From the IMG/VR virus record IMGVR_UViG_3300017788_003020, positions 1-64,000 of that record: a DNA stretch of 64,000 nucleotides; one strand, written 5' to 3'. The position numbers were made by a program, and so were the translations under genes. Below are positions 28,719 to 39,875 of this stretch, in pieces (within the stretch, counting starts at the first letter, position 1; each line of letters starts with the position of its first letter). Source of the DNA: a virus. The notes below the pieces were generated by a model. That model had not been told where the DNA came from. It saw only the letters and a list, made by a program, of their open reading frames with translations, and did not search any database.

Positions 28719-29070
28719 GTTACTTTTACTTTTATATTTTATTTATTATAGTTTTAGATTAAGTATTGTTCAAAATTAAAATGAAAGTCAAAAAATGGAA
28801 ATTCCTACTTAAAAATAGGGATATATATGAGATATAAAATAAATTAAAAAAGTCACATGCTTAACTTTATTGTAACTCATAAGGTTAAGAGTATAAACGG
28901 GATATGATTAAAAAAGTAATGCCCCAGTGATGTTTTTGAATGTAATCGGGAAAATAACGGATATGAATGATTACATTTATTCAGAAAAATAAGGTCAAAT
29001 GGCTAAATTTTTCATTTTAAGTAAACTATATTTCACTATATAGTAGTTAAAAATTATCAGGGCATAATAT

Positions 29071-29496
29071 ATGGAACTTGATGAAAACACTCGAATGTGT
29101 TTAGGTATAGGAATAATAGGCTCTAAAAATTTCAAAGATTCTGATTTAATTCATGCTTGGCTGGATAGATTACATAAAGAATTAGGCCCATTTGACAAAA
29201 TCATCATAGGTGGTGTTGGTGGAACTGATAGCTTTGCACAGAGCTGGGCTAAAAAGAATGGAATAGATATAAAGGTTTATTATGCCGATTGGTCAAACTA
29301 TGGGAAAAAGGCTGTTTATGTTAGAAATATTTTCATAGTTGAGCACTCCGATATTTTAGTTTCATTCTGGGATGGAGACTCTAAAGATTCTGCACATGCT
29401 ATACGGATAGCAAGGGTTTCAAACAAACCTCTCTTAGTAATTTCAGAAAGAGGAGAAATAAACGAAATTCTCTCAAACATAAAACTTTCTGATTAA
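29071..29496 (+). CDS. SLOG-fold (YspA/DUF2493-like) protein
   Basis: IIGSK, GG..GTD..A, ADW..YGK.A..RN, FWDG.S. Confidence 0.85.
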   Translation: MELDENTRMCLGIGIIGSKNFKDSDLIHAWLDRLHKELGPFDKIIIGGVGGTDSFAQSWAKKNGIDIKVYYADWSNYGKKAVYVRNIFIVEHSDILVSFWDGDSKDSAHAIRIARVSNKPLLVISERGEINEILSNIKLSD

Positions 29497-29533
29497 ACTA
29501 AACTTTTCTGATTGGATTAAACTTTTTCTGATT
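29482..29533 (+). repeat. Three direct repeats AAAC(T)nCTGATT
   Basis: Copies at 29482, 29500, 29519 with 3, 4 and 5 T. Confidence 0.7.
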
Positions 29534-29564
29534 CAACTCTATAATAGGTAATTCTCATGCTAAT

Positions 29565-29705
29565 TGCGAGTTAGTTTGAAAATATAAACCGCGAGCTGAT
29601 TAAGATTCTTTTTACTCCGTTTGAGTCTTTGTCAAATCTAACATTGCCCTGATGCCAAGATTTATAGCGAGTTTATATTTAATCAAAAACTAACTCGCAT
29701 TTTTT
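29565..29705 (+). ncRNA. Candidate structured RNA (long closing stem, three-way junction)
   Basis: Perfect 13-bp TGCGAGTTAGTTT/AAACTAACTCGCA plus inner helices; promoter upstream, T-run downstream. Confidence 0.55.
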
Positions 29706-29718
29706 TAAAAATTGACAT

Positions 29719-30147
29719 ATGGATACACGACCAAATTGGGACGAATACTTTTTAGATATTGCAGAAAAGGTTGCAACTCGCTCTACTTGTTTAAGATTAA
29801 AGGTAGGTTCTGTTCTTGTGGCAGAAGATAATAGAATTTTAGCAACGGGGTATAATGGTTCTCCGAAGGGAACTCCACACTGCATAGAAGTAGGATGTCT
29901 AAAAAATGAAGAAGGAAGATGTATAAGAACAATACACGCTGAGATAAATGCTATTCTTTCTGTTGATATGCATGTAAGAAAAAACAGTATTCTTTATTGT
30001 ACACATGAGCCTTGTGAAAACTGCACGAAATCTATTATTCAAGCTGGAATAAAAAAGGTCGTTTTTAAGAATTCCTATTCACATCCAAACTCAGCAAATT
30101 CTTATTTCAATCCTTATTTAGAGTGGATTCAATACAAAAAAGACTAA
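29719..30147 (+). CDS. dCMP deaminase
   Basis: RSTC, TGYNG, HAEINA, PCENC. Confidence 0.93.
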   Translation: MDTRPNWDEYFLDIAEKVATRSTCLRLKVGSVLVAEDNRILATGYNGSPKGTPHCIEVGCLKNEEGRCIRTIHAEINAILSVDMHVRKNSILYCTHEPCENCTKSIIQAGIKKVVFKNSYSHPNSANSYFNPYLEWIQYKKD

Positions 30148-30181
30148 AACAAAAAAGCCAATCTTTCGATTGGCTTTTTCT

Positions 30182-32719
30182 TTACTCAGGTTCTGTTGTT
30201 ATTTGACTTGAACTCGAAGAGGTGAATATAAGTTTTTCTGATTTCTTATCCAGTTTTATTTTCACAGAACTGCCATCTTTAATGAGACCAGATAGCAATT
30301 CTTCTGAGAGCGGGTCTTCTAAGTGTTGTTGGATACTTCTACGAAGTGGTCTTACTCCATACTTCTCATCAAATCCCTTATCAACCAAAAACTCTTTAAT
30401 GGGCTTCGGTATTGAAAGAGTAATGCTTCTTTCAGATAATCTATCTTCGAGCTTTTTAATTTGAATATCGATAATGCTAATCATATCTTCTTTCTTCAAT
30501 CTCTTGAAGTATACGATTCTATCAAGTCTATTTATGAATTCAGGTGAGAAATTTTGCTTTATTGAAGTATCTATTGTTTCTTTAATATGAACTTCATTGC
30601 TTCCACCTTTATCAACAGAAAAACCAAGGCTACCACCTGCTTTGATATCCTTCTGTCCTATATTGGATGTCATTATCAAAATGGTGTTTCTAAAGTCGAC
30701 CTTTCTTCCTAAACCATCTGTTAGATGGCCATCATCAAAAACTTGAAGAAGAGTATTCAAAGCATCTGGATGTGCCTTTTCAACTTCATCGAGAAGAACT
30801 ACGCTAAATGGTCTTCTTCTTACTTTTTCTGTAAGTTGTCCTCCTTCATTATATCCAACATAGCCAGGAGGAGCTCCAATCAGCTTACTAACAGAAAACT
30901 TTTCCATATACTCAGACATATCTACTCTAATTAGAGATTCTTCTGAGTCAAATAAATGAGAAGCCAAAGTCTTAGCAAGTTCTGTTTTACCTACACCAGT
31001 TGGCCCAGTAAAGAGAAAAACTCCAATAGGTCTTGATTTATCTTTTAGACCAGCTCTTGAACGCTTTATGGATTTTGAAATAACTTCTATTGCTTCGTCT
31101 TGTCCAATTACTTTTTTGTTTAACTCTTCGTGAAGAGTAAGTAATCTATTTGCTTCATTTTGAGTAACTTTTGTAACTGGTATTCCTGTCATCATTGATA
31201 CTATTGATGCGACATCATCTTCTGTTACAGTTTGAATATCACCTTCAAGATTTTTTTCCCAATTTTTTTTGAACGCTTCAAGTTCCTCTCTCAGTTTACG
31301 CTCAGCATCCCTTATCTCAGCGGCTTTCTCAAATAATTGAGACTTAACTGCTGAGTTCTTTTCTATGCTTAGTTCTGAGAGCTTATCTTCTATAACAACT
31401 ATTTCTTTAGGTATTTTTATGTTTGTGATTTTAACCTTAGAGCCAGTTTCATCTAAAACATCAAATGCTTTATCTGGTAAAAATCTATCGGTGATGTATC
31501 TATCTGAGAATTTAACACAAGCTTCAATTGCAGAGTCTGTATATCTCACACCATGATGCGATTCATACTTATTCTTTACATTATGTAGAATCTCAAGAGT
31601 TTCATCAATCGAAGGTGGTTCAACTAAAATCTTTTGAAATCTTCTATCAAGAGCACCATCTTTCTCGATGTTTTCTCTATATTCATCTAATGTTGTTGCT
31701 CCTATACATTGGATTTCTCCTCTTGCAAGAGCTGGTTTAAGCATGTTCGCAGCATCCAAAGAACCAGACGCACCACCTGCCCCAACAATTGTATGTAATT
31801 CATCGATGAAAAGAATAACATCATCATTTTTTTCCAATTCTTGAACAACAGACTTAACTCTTTCCTCGAATTGACCACGATATTTTGTCCCAGCTACCAT
31901 AGAACCTAAATCTAAAGTTATAACTCTTTTATCTAAAAGAACTTTTGGGACTTTTCTTTCAATGATTCTTAAAGCTAATCCTTCTACGATTGCGGTTTTA
32001 CCGACACCTGGTTCACCAATCAATACAGGATTATTCTTTTTTCTTCTTGCTAAAACCTGAACAACTCTTTCTATTTCTTTTTCTCTACCAATAACTGGGT
32101 CAAGTTTGTCTTCAATAGCAAGACGAGTTAAATCTTTACCGAAGTTATCAAGAACTGGGGTCTTTTTGAGTTTGTTTGTTCCAGTATTGTTTACTGGTTT
32201 ATTTCTTCCAGTTTTAGAGGAAGGCTTTCTTGATTTAGAATTATTTACATCTGTGTCTGAATCAGAATCAGATTCTTCATCTAAGTTCAAACTTTTGTCC
32301 AATTCTTTTCTGAAAACGTCATAATTGATGTCTTGTTTATGAAGGCATTTTGTTGCTTCATTTTCTTCATCTCTCAAAATAGAAAGAATCAAATGCTCAG
32401 TTCCGATTCTGTCTGACTTATAAAGTCTTGATTCGAGGTATGTTACTTTCAATACTTTTTCAGAATTTTTAGAAAGTGGGGTAGATGATTCTCCTATTAG
32501 AGTGACAATAGAATTTTCCATCTCTTTTTCTATGTCTTTCTTTAATTTTTTGAAATTAACTCCAAGAGATGTCAAAACTTCAATACCCAAACCTTCTCCT
32601 CTGCGAACAACCCCAAGTAAAAGGTGACCGATGCTAATCACATCATGTCCGAGTCTTAGAGCTTCTTCTCTTGAAAATCTTATGACTTCTTGTAATCCAT
32701 CTGAAAAATTTCCTTTCAT
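30182..32719 (-). CDS. clpC: ATP-dependent Clp protease ATPase ClpC
   Basis: Clp_N repeats, [11 protein letters not shown]-type middle domain, [11 protein letters not shown] ClpP-docking loop. Confidence 0.96.
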   Translation of the reverse strand: MKGNFSDGLQEVIRFSREEALRLGHDVISIGHLLLGVVRRGEGLGIEVLTSLGVNFKKLKKDIEKEMENSIVTLIGESSTPLSKNSEKVLKVTYLESRLYKSDRIGTEHLILSILRDEENEATKCLHKQDINYDVFRKELDKSLNLDEESDSDSDTDVNNSKSRKPSSKTGRNKPVNNTGTNKLKKTPVLDNFGKDLTRLAIEDKLDPVIGREKEIERVVQVLARRKKNNPVLIGEPGVGKTAIVEGLALRIIERKVPKVLLDKRVITLDLGSMVAGTKYRGQFEERVKSVVQELEKNDDVILFIDELHTIVGAGGASGSLDAANMLKPALARGEIQCIGATTLDEYRENIEKDGALDRRFQKILVEPPSIDETLEILHNVKNKYESHHGVRYTDSAIEACVKFSDRYITDRFLPDKAFDVLDETGSKVKITNIKIPKEIVVIEDKLSELSIEKNSAVKSQLFEKAAEIRDAERKLREELEAFKKNWEKNLEGDIQTVTEDDVASIVSMMTGIPVTKVTQNEANRLLTLHEELNKKVIGQDEAIEVISKSIKRSRAGLKDKSRPIGVFLFTGPTGVGKTELAKTLASHLFDSEESLIRVDMSEYMEKFSVSKLIGAPPGYVGYNEGGQLTEKVRRRPFSVVLLDEVEKAHPDALNTLLQVFDDGHLTDGLGRKVDFRNTILIMTSNIGQKDIKAGGSLGFSVDKGGSNEVHIKETIDTSIKQNFSPEFINRLDRIVYFKRLKKEDMISIIDIQIKKLEDRLSERSITLSIPKPIKEFLVDKGFDEKYGVRPLRRSIQQHLEDPLSEELLSGLIKDGSSVKIKLDKKSEKLIFTSSSSSQITTEPE

Positions 32720-32807
32720 ATATTATCCTGTTTCCTTTTTAGTTCTATAATTTTCGTCTAAACGAACTTATTCTGTATATATCGATAAAAGACATATCAT
32801 CTTTAAT

Positions 32808-33389
32808 TTATTGGAGTATTTTATCAATTATGCCATAATTCAAGGCATCCTGAGGAGACATCCAATTATCTCTATCAGCATCGCTTCTAATTTTGTTTAT
32901 ATCCTGTCCAGTATGTTCAGAAATCAAGGAATATAAGGTTTCCCTTATTTTTATCATTTCCTTCGTATAGATTTCAATATCGGAGGCTTGACCATTTGTT
33001 CCTCCCAAGGGCTGATGCATCATTATTCTTGAATGAGGTAAAGAAAACCTCTTTCCTTTTGCTCCCGCTGTCAATAAAAATTGACCCATAGAGGCGGCAA
33101 GACCTACACAAATTGTAGATACATCAGGCTTAATATACTGCATTGTATCATAAATAGCCATACCAGCGCTTACGCTCCCTCCTGGGGAATTTATGTAGAG
33201 AAATATGTCTTTTGTTGAATCTTCGGATTGTAAAAACAACATTTGTGCTACAATAAGAGAAGCAATAGTATCATCTACTTGAGTTCCTAAAAAGATGATT
33301 CTATCTTTAAGAAGACGTGAATATATGTCATATGACCTTTCTCCACGGGAGGTTTGCTCTATAACATAAGGAACAAGATGTGAATACAT
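32808..33389 (-). CDS. clpP: Clp protease proteolytic subunit
   Basis: [29 protein letters not shown]. Confidence 0.97.
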   Translation of the reverse strand: MYSHLVPYVIEQTSRGERSYDIYSRLLKDRIIFLGTQVDDTIASLIVAQMLFLQSEDSTKDIFLYINSPGGSVSAGMAIYDTMQYIKPDVSTICVGLAASMGQFLLTAGAKGKRFSLPHSRIMMHQPLGGTNGQASDIEIYTKEMIKIRETLYSLISEHTGQDINKIRSDADRDNWMSPQDALNYGIIDKILQ

Positions 33390-33658
33390 AATAACTCTTG
33401 AATGAGGATTAAATAGTTAATTTCTGAGGTTTTTGATAAGAATCGCCACTTCTTACACTTTCACTTATAGTCAAATATCAATAAATGTTCTACAATTTAT
33501 CCAATAAATGACAAAATCAAAACAGGAAAATCTCTATTATTTTTAGCTATATCATCTAAACTCTTATTATTCAAAGGAATAGGTGAAATACGTAGAAATA
33601 TGAAATTAGACTTGTATTCTCAAAATATATACGAGATAAGTTTAATTATCAAAAAACC

Positions 33659-34084
33659 ATGGGTATTTTAGAGAAAAAGAATGTCTGTAAAATTGTATGC
33701 ATCGAATGGGACAATGTATGCGAAAGATGGATTATCAAAATAGATGAACCCAAGTCTGTTTCTATAATCAAAAGCAATTTCGAGTTTATATTAAATAAAT
33801 CCAAAAAAAGAATTTACATACATGAATCCGCATTTGATTTTTTAGTTTTATTTTATCCAGTAGATGAAAATGACAAATATCTTACAAACATGATTTGGGC
33901 GGCTTCTAACTTACATGAGTGTATTTTTTTTGTAGAATCTGAAGAAGATATAATAAGAGGAATTTGTAACTTTTACAGAAATTTAATAGTCATGGAAAAT
34001 AGAGAGACCTTAAAAGGATATAGAACTGAGCAGTTTTTGAAAAAAATACAATTTTCACATGGTCTTTCTATTGATTTTTTTTAG
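33659..34084 (+). CDS. Hypothetical protein
   Basis: ORF; AATATATA upstream. Confidence 0.6.
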   Translation: MGILEKKNVCKIVCIEWDNVCERWIIKIDEPKSVSIIKSNFEFILNKSKKRIYIHESAFDFLVLFYPVDENDKYLTNMIWAASNLHECIFFVESEEDIIRGICNFYRNLIVMENRETLKGYRTEQFLKKIQFSHGLSIDFF

Positions 34085-34157
34085 AAGCTCTTGTTTTTAG
34101 TCAAATCTTTTATTATTTTTGTAACGGCTTATTTAATTGTTTTAGCAAAATAATACT

Positions 34158-34832
34158 ATGAAAAATTTAGAAAAAATGCTTTTTGAAGGTACTCGAGAAA
34201 ATAATATCAACAAAGTTAGATGGGCTTTGAATTTAGGAGCAGATATAACAAAAAGAGATAGATTAAAAAGATGTCCATTGCACTATACTACATCCAAAAA
34301 AGATTTAGAGCTGGCGAAGTTTTTAATTCTTTTAGGGGCTGATGTAAATGCAAAAGATTGGATGGACAGAGTTCCAATACATAATACACGCAACATCGAA
34401 ACGGTTAGATTATTAGTCGAATCTGGGGCAGATTTAAGTGTAAAGGAAGGAGTCAGTGAGTTCCCCATTTTACATAATTATATAGATTGTTCGGATAATT
34501 TAGAAATATTTAAATTCCTAATACCATTAGGGATTGATGTCAATGCGTCAGACTGTGATGGATATACTACATTACATAGAATAGCAGATAGTGTGTGTAA
34601 TTTATCAAGATTGGTTGATATTATGGTTCTACATGGGGCTGATATAAATGCAAAAAATAAGTTTGGTGAAACCCCATTGCATATAGCAGTAAAGAGAGAG
34701 AATGCAATATTGGTAGAATCTATTTACAAAGCGGGCGCAGACACAACTATCGAAGACAATAACGGTCTGATGCCATATTCCGTAAAGAATAATAGTAGAA
34801 TCAGAAGAATTTTGATTCAAAGAAGAAAATAA
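34158..34832 (+). CDS. Ankyrin-repeat protein
   Basis: Multiple GADVNAKD / GETPLH repeats; host-type promoter. Confidence 0.9.
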   Translation: MKNLEKMLFEGTRENNINKVRWALNLGADITKRDRLKRCPLHYTTSKKDLELAKFLILLGADVNAKDWMDRVPIHNTRNIETVRLLVESGADLSVKEGVSEFPILHNYIDCSDNLEIFKFLIPLGIDVNASDCDGYTTLHRIADSVCNLSRLVDIMVLHGADINAKNKFGETPLHIAVKRENAILVESIYKAGADTTIEDNNGLMPYSVKNNSRIRRILIQRRK

Positions 34833-34889
34833 AAAAATAGTTTGCAGATATCAGAATTTTCATTATATTTGTAATAGTTCATTGAAAAT

Positions 34890-35279
34890 GGGGGTGTCAT
34901 TGGTTTCGATTGGCTTTTGACGCACTAAGAAGCAACCCGTGCTGATACTCGGTGGAGCACGATAATACAACTGAGTAAATCATAAGTGGCAATAATAGCA
35001 CACATATTTTCAATCAATATCCATTGGTTGGAAATACCCAGACACAATACGCAGTAGCGGCTTGAGTCCGAGTGATGTAATTTGTAGCTGTTCTCATTAT
35101 ATCACTCGTCGCCTATAACAGCATATACTATAAAGGGCTTTCACTTTATAGTGAATTTTTGAAAGCAAAAGAATTATCGGCTGTCCTTTGCCTAAATAAT
35201 TCTTACTATAAAAGGACTATGGTTGTAGTGGTCTGGTAACTTGATAGTCAAGACGGGGGTTCGAATCCCCCCACCTCCA
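34890..35279 (+). ncRNA. ssrA: tmRNA
   Basis: GGGGGTG/CACCTCC-A acceptor stem with G3:U, T-arm GGGGG-TTCGAAT-CCCCC, tag ORF 34988-35065 GNNSTHIFNQYPLVGNTQTQYAVAA; promoter 34841-34871. Confidence 0.95.
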
Positions 35280-35311
35280 CAATTTTTTATTTTTATTTTA
35301 AGGTTAATGTT

Positions 35312-36076
35312 ATGGAATATTATGAGAAAATGTGCTCGATGGCATCAGACCCGAGCAAGAAAAAAACTAAAAGTGACTTGGAATTATTAGATTTACTAAA
35401 AACATGTGAAATTTTTTGTATTCATCCTAATAACCCAAACCCTACGCATATTGAAAGTGACCATGAACTCATCCATGACCCAGAAGGGTATAAAGGAGAT
35501 TTAGATTCTCCATTCAAGACTGTTTGGATAGAAATGGGAGAATTGAATGGTTCAAAATATAAACTGACTGTCGATGAACATCCATACAAAATCCACGAAC
35601 CAGTTGTTGATTGTCTTGGGATTCTTATTCATGAAACTACTCCTAAGATTTTTAGAATATGGGGCTTGTTTGAAGTTTATGGAGCTTTCAGTGACTTAAA
35701 TAAAAAACGATTAGTCATAATTGAAACTTCTACTTTAAGCTCTCTTGCTGAATCCATGATTGATAGAATAAACAAAGAAGCATGGGGATTGGAAGCACCA
35801 AAAACAAAGTTAAAAATAGGAACAGGTGACTTAAAACAAATTAGAAGAATAAATAGAGTTATTCATATAACTCCAAAAAGAAATACCAAGAATATAAAAG
35901 GTAGCGGTAAGAAAATAGATTGGTCTCATACTTGGACAGTAAGAGGACATTGGAGAATTATAAAAGGAATCGGAAAAGACAGAGATGGTATAGCTTCAGT
36001 TCAAGGTCATACTTGGATTGGTTCTTATCTGAAAGGAGCTGGTGAACTTATCAAAAAAGCAAGACTTATTAAATAA
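35312..36076 (+). CDS. Hypothetical phage protein (VRGHWR motif)
   Basis: ORF; C-terminal W.VRGHWR...WI..Y.KG. Confidence 0.7.
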   Translation: MEYYEKMCSMASDPSKKKTKSDLELLDLLKTCEIFCIHPNNPNPTHIESDHELIHDPEGYKGDLDSPFKTVWIEMGELNGSKYKLTVDEHPYKIHEPVVDCLGILIHETTPKIFRIWGLFEVYGAFSDLNKKRLVIIETSTLSSLAESMIDRINKEAWGLEAPKTKLKIGTGDLKQIRRINRVIHITPKRNTKNIKGSGKKIDWSHTWTVRGHWRIIKGIGKDRDGIASVQGHTWIGSYLKGAGELIKKARLIK

Positions 36077-36099
36077 AAGATTAGGCATTAAAATTTACT

Positions 36100-36894
36100 A
36101 TGGAAAATGAAAAAATCTCAGAATATGAATTATTGAGAATATTCTCTGAACTACAGTCGAATTCTTCTTTTGATAAATTAGCTCCAACTTGGACACCGAG
36201 GCTACTTAAAATTAAAGAATTGTTAGGACTATTTCAAATTCCATATAAAGTCAAGCATTATGTAGTTCCTGGTTATGAGAGTAGATATTTTACTAATTTC
36301 TATGTCTCATTTAATAAGGATAGCCAAGAGAAAGGTCTTATTTTCCTTGCCCACCATGACATAACTAATGAAAGGTCTGAGAACTCGCAAGACAATACAT
36401 CTTCTGTTTGTCAGTTACTTTCATTGATGCAAATAATTAAAAATAAAGAATTGACTCGACCTATTCATTTTGCACTTGTTGATTCAGAAGAACATAAAAA
36501 TTTTAATTGTTGCGGTAGCCAAGTTTTATCAGAAGATATACACAATCGAGAGTTCGGAGAAGTAGAGTTATGTATTAATTTAGAATTAACAGGTCTTGGG
36601 AAAAATATATGGGTTAGTAATTATGAAAAATTCCCCGAATCTTCTCAAGATATAATACAAAAACTAAATGCTCAGAGGGTTAAAACGCCCTTTAATGATG
36701 CATATGTTTTGTCTCTTTATGATGTTCCAGCTATTTGCATTGGTCTTTTAGATGATGATGATATAATTACAGCTATTGAATCAACAGGATACCCCAAAAT
36801 TTGGTCATTATGTCATAGCATGGAAGATACTTTTGATAAAATATCAGAAGAAGATATGGTTCAATTTCAAAACTTAATTTCAAGCCTTTTATGA
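36100..36894 (+). CDS. M28-family zinc peptidase-like protein
   Basis: AHHD, DNTSSV, DSEE, NLELTG, CHSMED. Confidence 0.8.
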   Translation: MENEKISEYELLRIFSELQSNSSFDKLAPTWTPRLLKIKELLGLFQIPYKVKHYVVPGYESRYFTNFYVSFNKDSQEKGLIFLAHHDITNERSENSQDNTSSVCQLLSLMQIIKNKELTRPIHFALVDSEEHKNFNCCGSQVLSEDIHNREFGEVELCINLELTGLGKNIWVSNYEKFPESSQDIIQKLNAQRVKTPFNDAYVLSLYDVPAICIGLLDDDDIITAIESTGYPKIWSLCHSMEDTFDKISEEDMVQFQNLISSLL

Positions 36895-37871
36895 AACATG
36901 CATTAGTTACTGGTGGTTTAGGATTTATTGGTAGCTCTTTTGTAAGACTATTGATTCGATATGGAGTAAAGGTTACAATAATTGATAATTATAGTTATGC
37001 TTCTGATGAAAATAGAGTAAATTCCGAGAATCCAAATCTTTCAATTAAACGTGCAAATATATGCAACGATGAAGCTTATGACTCTCTCTCTGATGATATA
37101 GATTCTATATTTCATTTTGCGGCAGAAACTCATGTTGACCGTTCTATAAAATATCCTCATATATTTTTGGAAACGAATGTTATCGGAACTCAAAAGGTTT
37201 TAGAATACGCTAAAAAAATAAAAAAAAGAATAGTAATTATATCAACAGATGAGGTGTATGGTTCAGCTCCCGATGGAAAGCATTTTTCAGAAACGGATGT
37301 ATTAAATCCAAGTTCGCCTTATTCAGCATCAAAGGCATCTTCTGATTTGTTAGGACTTTCTTACCATACTACTTTCAATACTGATGTTATAATAACCCGT
37401 TGTAGTAATAACTATGGCGAATATCAAACAATAGAAAAATTAATACCCCTTTCTATTTACAATATTTTACATGATATACCAATACCTATTTATGGAGATG
37501 GTATGCAACAAAGAGATTGGATTCATGTAAATGACCATTGTATCGGAGTTCTCTATGCATTTAACTACGGTCAATCTGGAGAAATTTACAACATAGGAAC
37601 GGGAGTAGAAACTCCAAACATAGAACTTTTGAAAATTCTTGCAAAAGAGTTGAATAAAGATGTGACATTTGAGTTCATAGGTGATAGATTAGGGCATGAT
37701 GTTAGATATGCTCTTGATAGTTCTAAACTCATGGGACTTGGATGGAGACCTTTTTATTCTTTACAAGATGGAATGAGCGATATTGCCCATTGGTATAAAA
37801 ACAATACTGATTGGCTTGAACAAAACAGAGATAAAAATAAACAATGGTTGAGTGAGCAATATGGAAAATAA
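36891..37871 (+). CDS. rfbB: dTDP-glucose 4,6-dehydratase
   Basis: GGLGFIG, HFAAETHVDRS, STDEVYG, YSASK, RCSNNYG, GHDVRY. Confidence 0.95.
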   Translation: MKHALVTGGLGFIGSSFVRLLIRYGVKVTIIDNYSYASDENRVNSENPNLSIKRANICNDEAYDSLSDDIDSIFHFAAETHVDRSIKYPHIFLETNVIGTQKVLEYAKKIKKRIVIISTDEVYGSAPDGKHFSETDVLNPSSPYSASKASSDLLGLSYHTTFNTDVIITRCSNNYGEYQTIEKLIPLSIYNILHDIPIPIYGDGMQQRDWIHVNDHCIGVLYAFNYGQSGEIYNIGTGVETPNIELLKILAKELNKDVTFEFIGDRLGHDVRYALDSSKLMGLGWRPFYSLQDGMSDIAHWYKNNTDWLEQNRDKNKQWLSEQYGK

Positions 37872-38058
37872 TAGATTAAGACCTTTGAAACAACCTTCTA
37901 TTGACTTGAATGAAGAAACTATGAATCCTCTTCTTAAAAAGATGATAAAGAAGATGAACTCAGAGTCATTCATGACCGATGAAAAAGATGTTTTAGTAAG
38001 ACTTGAGAATTACAAGAAAAAGAAAGGTTCCTTTGAAGAGGATGGAGAAAGTGAATAA
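37861..38058 (+). CDS. Small hypothetical protein
   Basis: ORF coupled to rfbB; terminator at 38062-38086. Confidence 0.55.
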   Translation: MENNRLRPLKQPSIDLNEETMNPLLKKMIKKMNSESFMTDEKDVLVRLENYKKKKGSFEEDGESE

Positions 38059-38085
38059 TGAAAAAGGAGGCATTTGCCTCCTTTT

Positions 38086-38988
38086 TTACTCGTAGCTTAC
38101 AATAGAACTGCTGAATTCTTCTGAAAAATAATGAAGTATAAATTCATACATAAAGTCATTAATATAGTGAAGTATATTCCACCCAATCGTAGATGCTGTT
38201 GTATCTGGTCTTTTTAGTTTCATTTGTAAAAACCCTCTTGCATTAGAAAGAACTTCGATATATTCTTCCATTCCAAATGCTGGATTTTCTTTAACTCCAT
38301 CGCTTGTTTGCTTTTTATATGCTTCTACGCATTCATCCTTTTGATTTACAATTTTAAGGATTTCTGATACAGTTACATAATCGGGTTCCATTCTTAGTAT
38401 TTCTCTTAATTGACCGCTTCTTGCCAACTTTCTTACATTTTCTGGGTTTTCTAATTTATATTTCTTCAAACTGGGGCTAAATGTCATGTTCCACTTACCA
38501 TATTGATTTAACATATTTATAAGTTTATCTATAAGTCCTCCAAGATATCCAGTTGAGTAATAACCTGCATTGACCGCTTGTTCTTGTTGCATTTGGATAT
38601 ACCATTCTTCGTTTCTATAATCTTTTGATGCTCCATCTGTCAAATAATCCATTTTTCCTTCTAAGTCTTCTTTACTTATATTTCTATCACTTGTATATTG
38701 GTCTATATTTGACCATAAAACATAAAACAACTCATTGGCTTTTATTTCATCTGTCCCATATTTTATGACAATATTATTGTTCATGGGGTCTCCTTGAAAT
38801 TCCTTACCGTAAACTATATTTTTGGCTACTCTCCACATTCTATCGTGAATGTAATCATATAAATCCTTGTAAGTTATGCTTCCAGCTTTCAAGTTCTTGT
38901 ATTGATATTTTTCGTTTAAGATGCTTTCTATCTCTGAAAAATTCAAACTTTCATTCACGAATTGCTCAAAATTTGCTATTCTTTTCAT
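38086..38988 (-). CDS. Leader-bearing putative virion cargo protein
   Basis: MKRIANFEQFVNES...ILNE; GATATATA (minus) at 39018-39025. Confidence 0.75.
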   Translation of the reverse strand: MKRIANFEQFVNESLNFSEIESILNEKYQYKNLKAGSITYKDLYDYIHDRMWRVAKNIVYGKEFQGDPMNNNIVIKYGTDEIKANELFYVLWSNIDQYTSDRNISKEDLEGKMDYLTDGASKDYRNEEWYIQMQQEQAVNAGYYSTGYLGGLIDKLINMLNQYGKWNMTFSPSLKKYKLENPENVRKLARSGQLREILRMEPDYVTVSEILKIVNQKDECVEAYKKQTSDGVKENPAFGMEEYIEVLSNARGFLQMKLKRPDTTASTIGWNILHYINDFMYEFILHYFSEEFSSSIVSYE

Positions 38989-39143
38989 TTGTTTTAAGTT
39001 AAATTTCTTTGTTTTTCTATATATCCATTATTTTAATCCACATGGTAAAATTTAGTTAAAACTTAAAAATAAAGAGTCTTTCAAACTTTAATCTATAAAT
39101 TGATATATACTTATACATGGTGATTTCTTAAAAATAAATAGGC

Positions 39144-39512
39144 ATGTTTATGGAATTAATTATTTTGGTTGTTCTTTTAGCTGTTATAGCTGGAGCAATC
39201 GGTATCGCTACAAAAAATTCAGATGGTGGCGAAACATCAAGTAATGTTGGATTTGATTTAGAGGCAAGAGGTCCTTTTGAATCAACTCCTTCATTAAGCA
39301 CTTCAGCAAAACCTGCAAGAAAGGCATCAAAAAAGGTTAGTGCAAAATCTACAAAGGAAACTCCTGCTGTAAGTGTTAAGAAAGGAAAGCCTGCGAAAAA
39401 GGCAACTACGCCAACTCCTGCTCCTACAACTTCTAAAAGAGCTGTTGAAAAAGCTCAACCTGCAATTGAAGTAAAGGCTACAAGAAAAGGAAAAGCAGGA
39501 AAAAGAAAATAA
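39144..39512 (+). CDS. Membrane-anchored Lys/Ala/Pro-rich late protein
   Basis: N-terminal TM, histone-H1-like tail; GATATATA at 39102. Confidence 0.7.
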   Translation: MFMELIILVVLLAVIAGAIGIATKNSDGGETSSNVGFDLEARGPFESTPSLSTSAKPARKASKKVSAKSTKETPAVSVKKGKPAKKATTPTPAPTTSKRAVEKAQPAIEVKATRKGKAGKRK

Positions 39513-39638
39513 AAAATTACTATATAGACTAAGTAGTTATTTTCAAATGCTCTCATGTGAGAGCATTTTTTTTAGGTTGTCTTGAACTAATTGCTATTTT
39601 TGCATATAAAAATATGCAACCCAAATGGAGATTTGGTT

Positions 39639-39875
39639 ATGATAACCATAGAAGACCTCTCTCGTATAATCGAGGTAGTGAAAATAAAAAAGATATGTGA
39701 AGATTGTGGAATGAACTATTCTACAATCATGGCTAAAATTCAAAGAAAGACTGAGCTTTCTATTAAAGAAAGTGAATGTATAACTAATGTCTTACAGGCA
39801 TATGGATTAAAGTTTGGATATCCTCCGAATCCAGACAAAGAAGAAAAAAAACAAGAACAATATGAAAATAAGTGA
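39639..39875 (+). CDS. Small HTH-like protein
   Basis: IKKICEDCGMNYSTIMAKI pattern. Confidence 0.55.
   Translation: MITIEDLSRIIEVVKIKKICEDCGMNYSTIMAKIQRKTELSIKESECITNVLQAYGLKFGYPPNPDKEEKKQEQYENK

Noticed and set aside
34890-35279. tmRNA as a tRNA gene or prophage attachment site
   Set aside because: No anticodon arm and a tag ORF is present; no integrase or duplicated 3' end seen, and both flanks share phage promoter motifs.
30182-37871. Host chromosomal contamination (clpC, clpP, ssrA, rfbB)
   Set aside because: Same composition, GAC-before-C bias and phage promoter motifs as the core phage genes.
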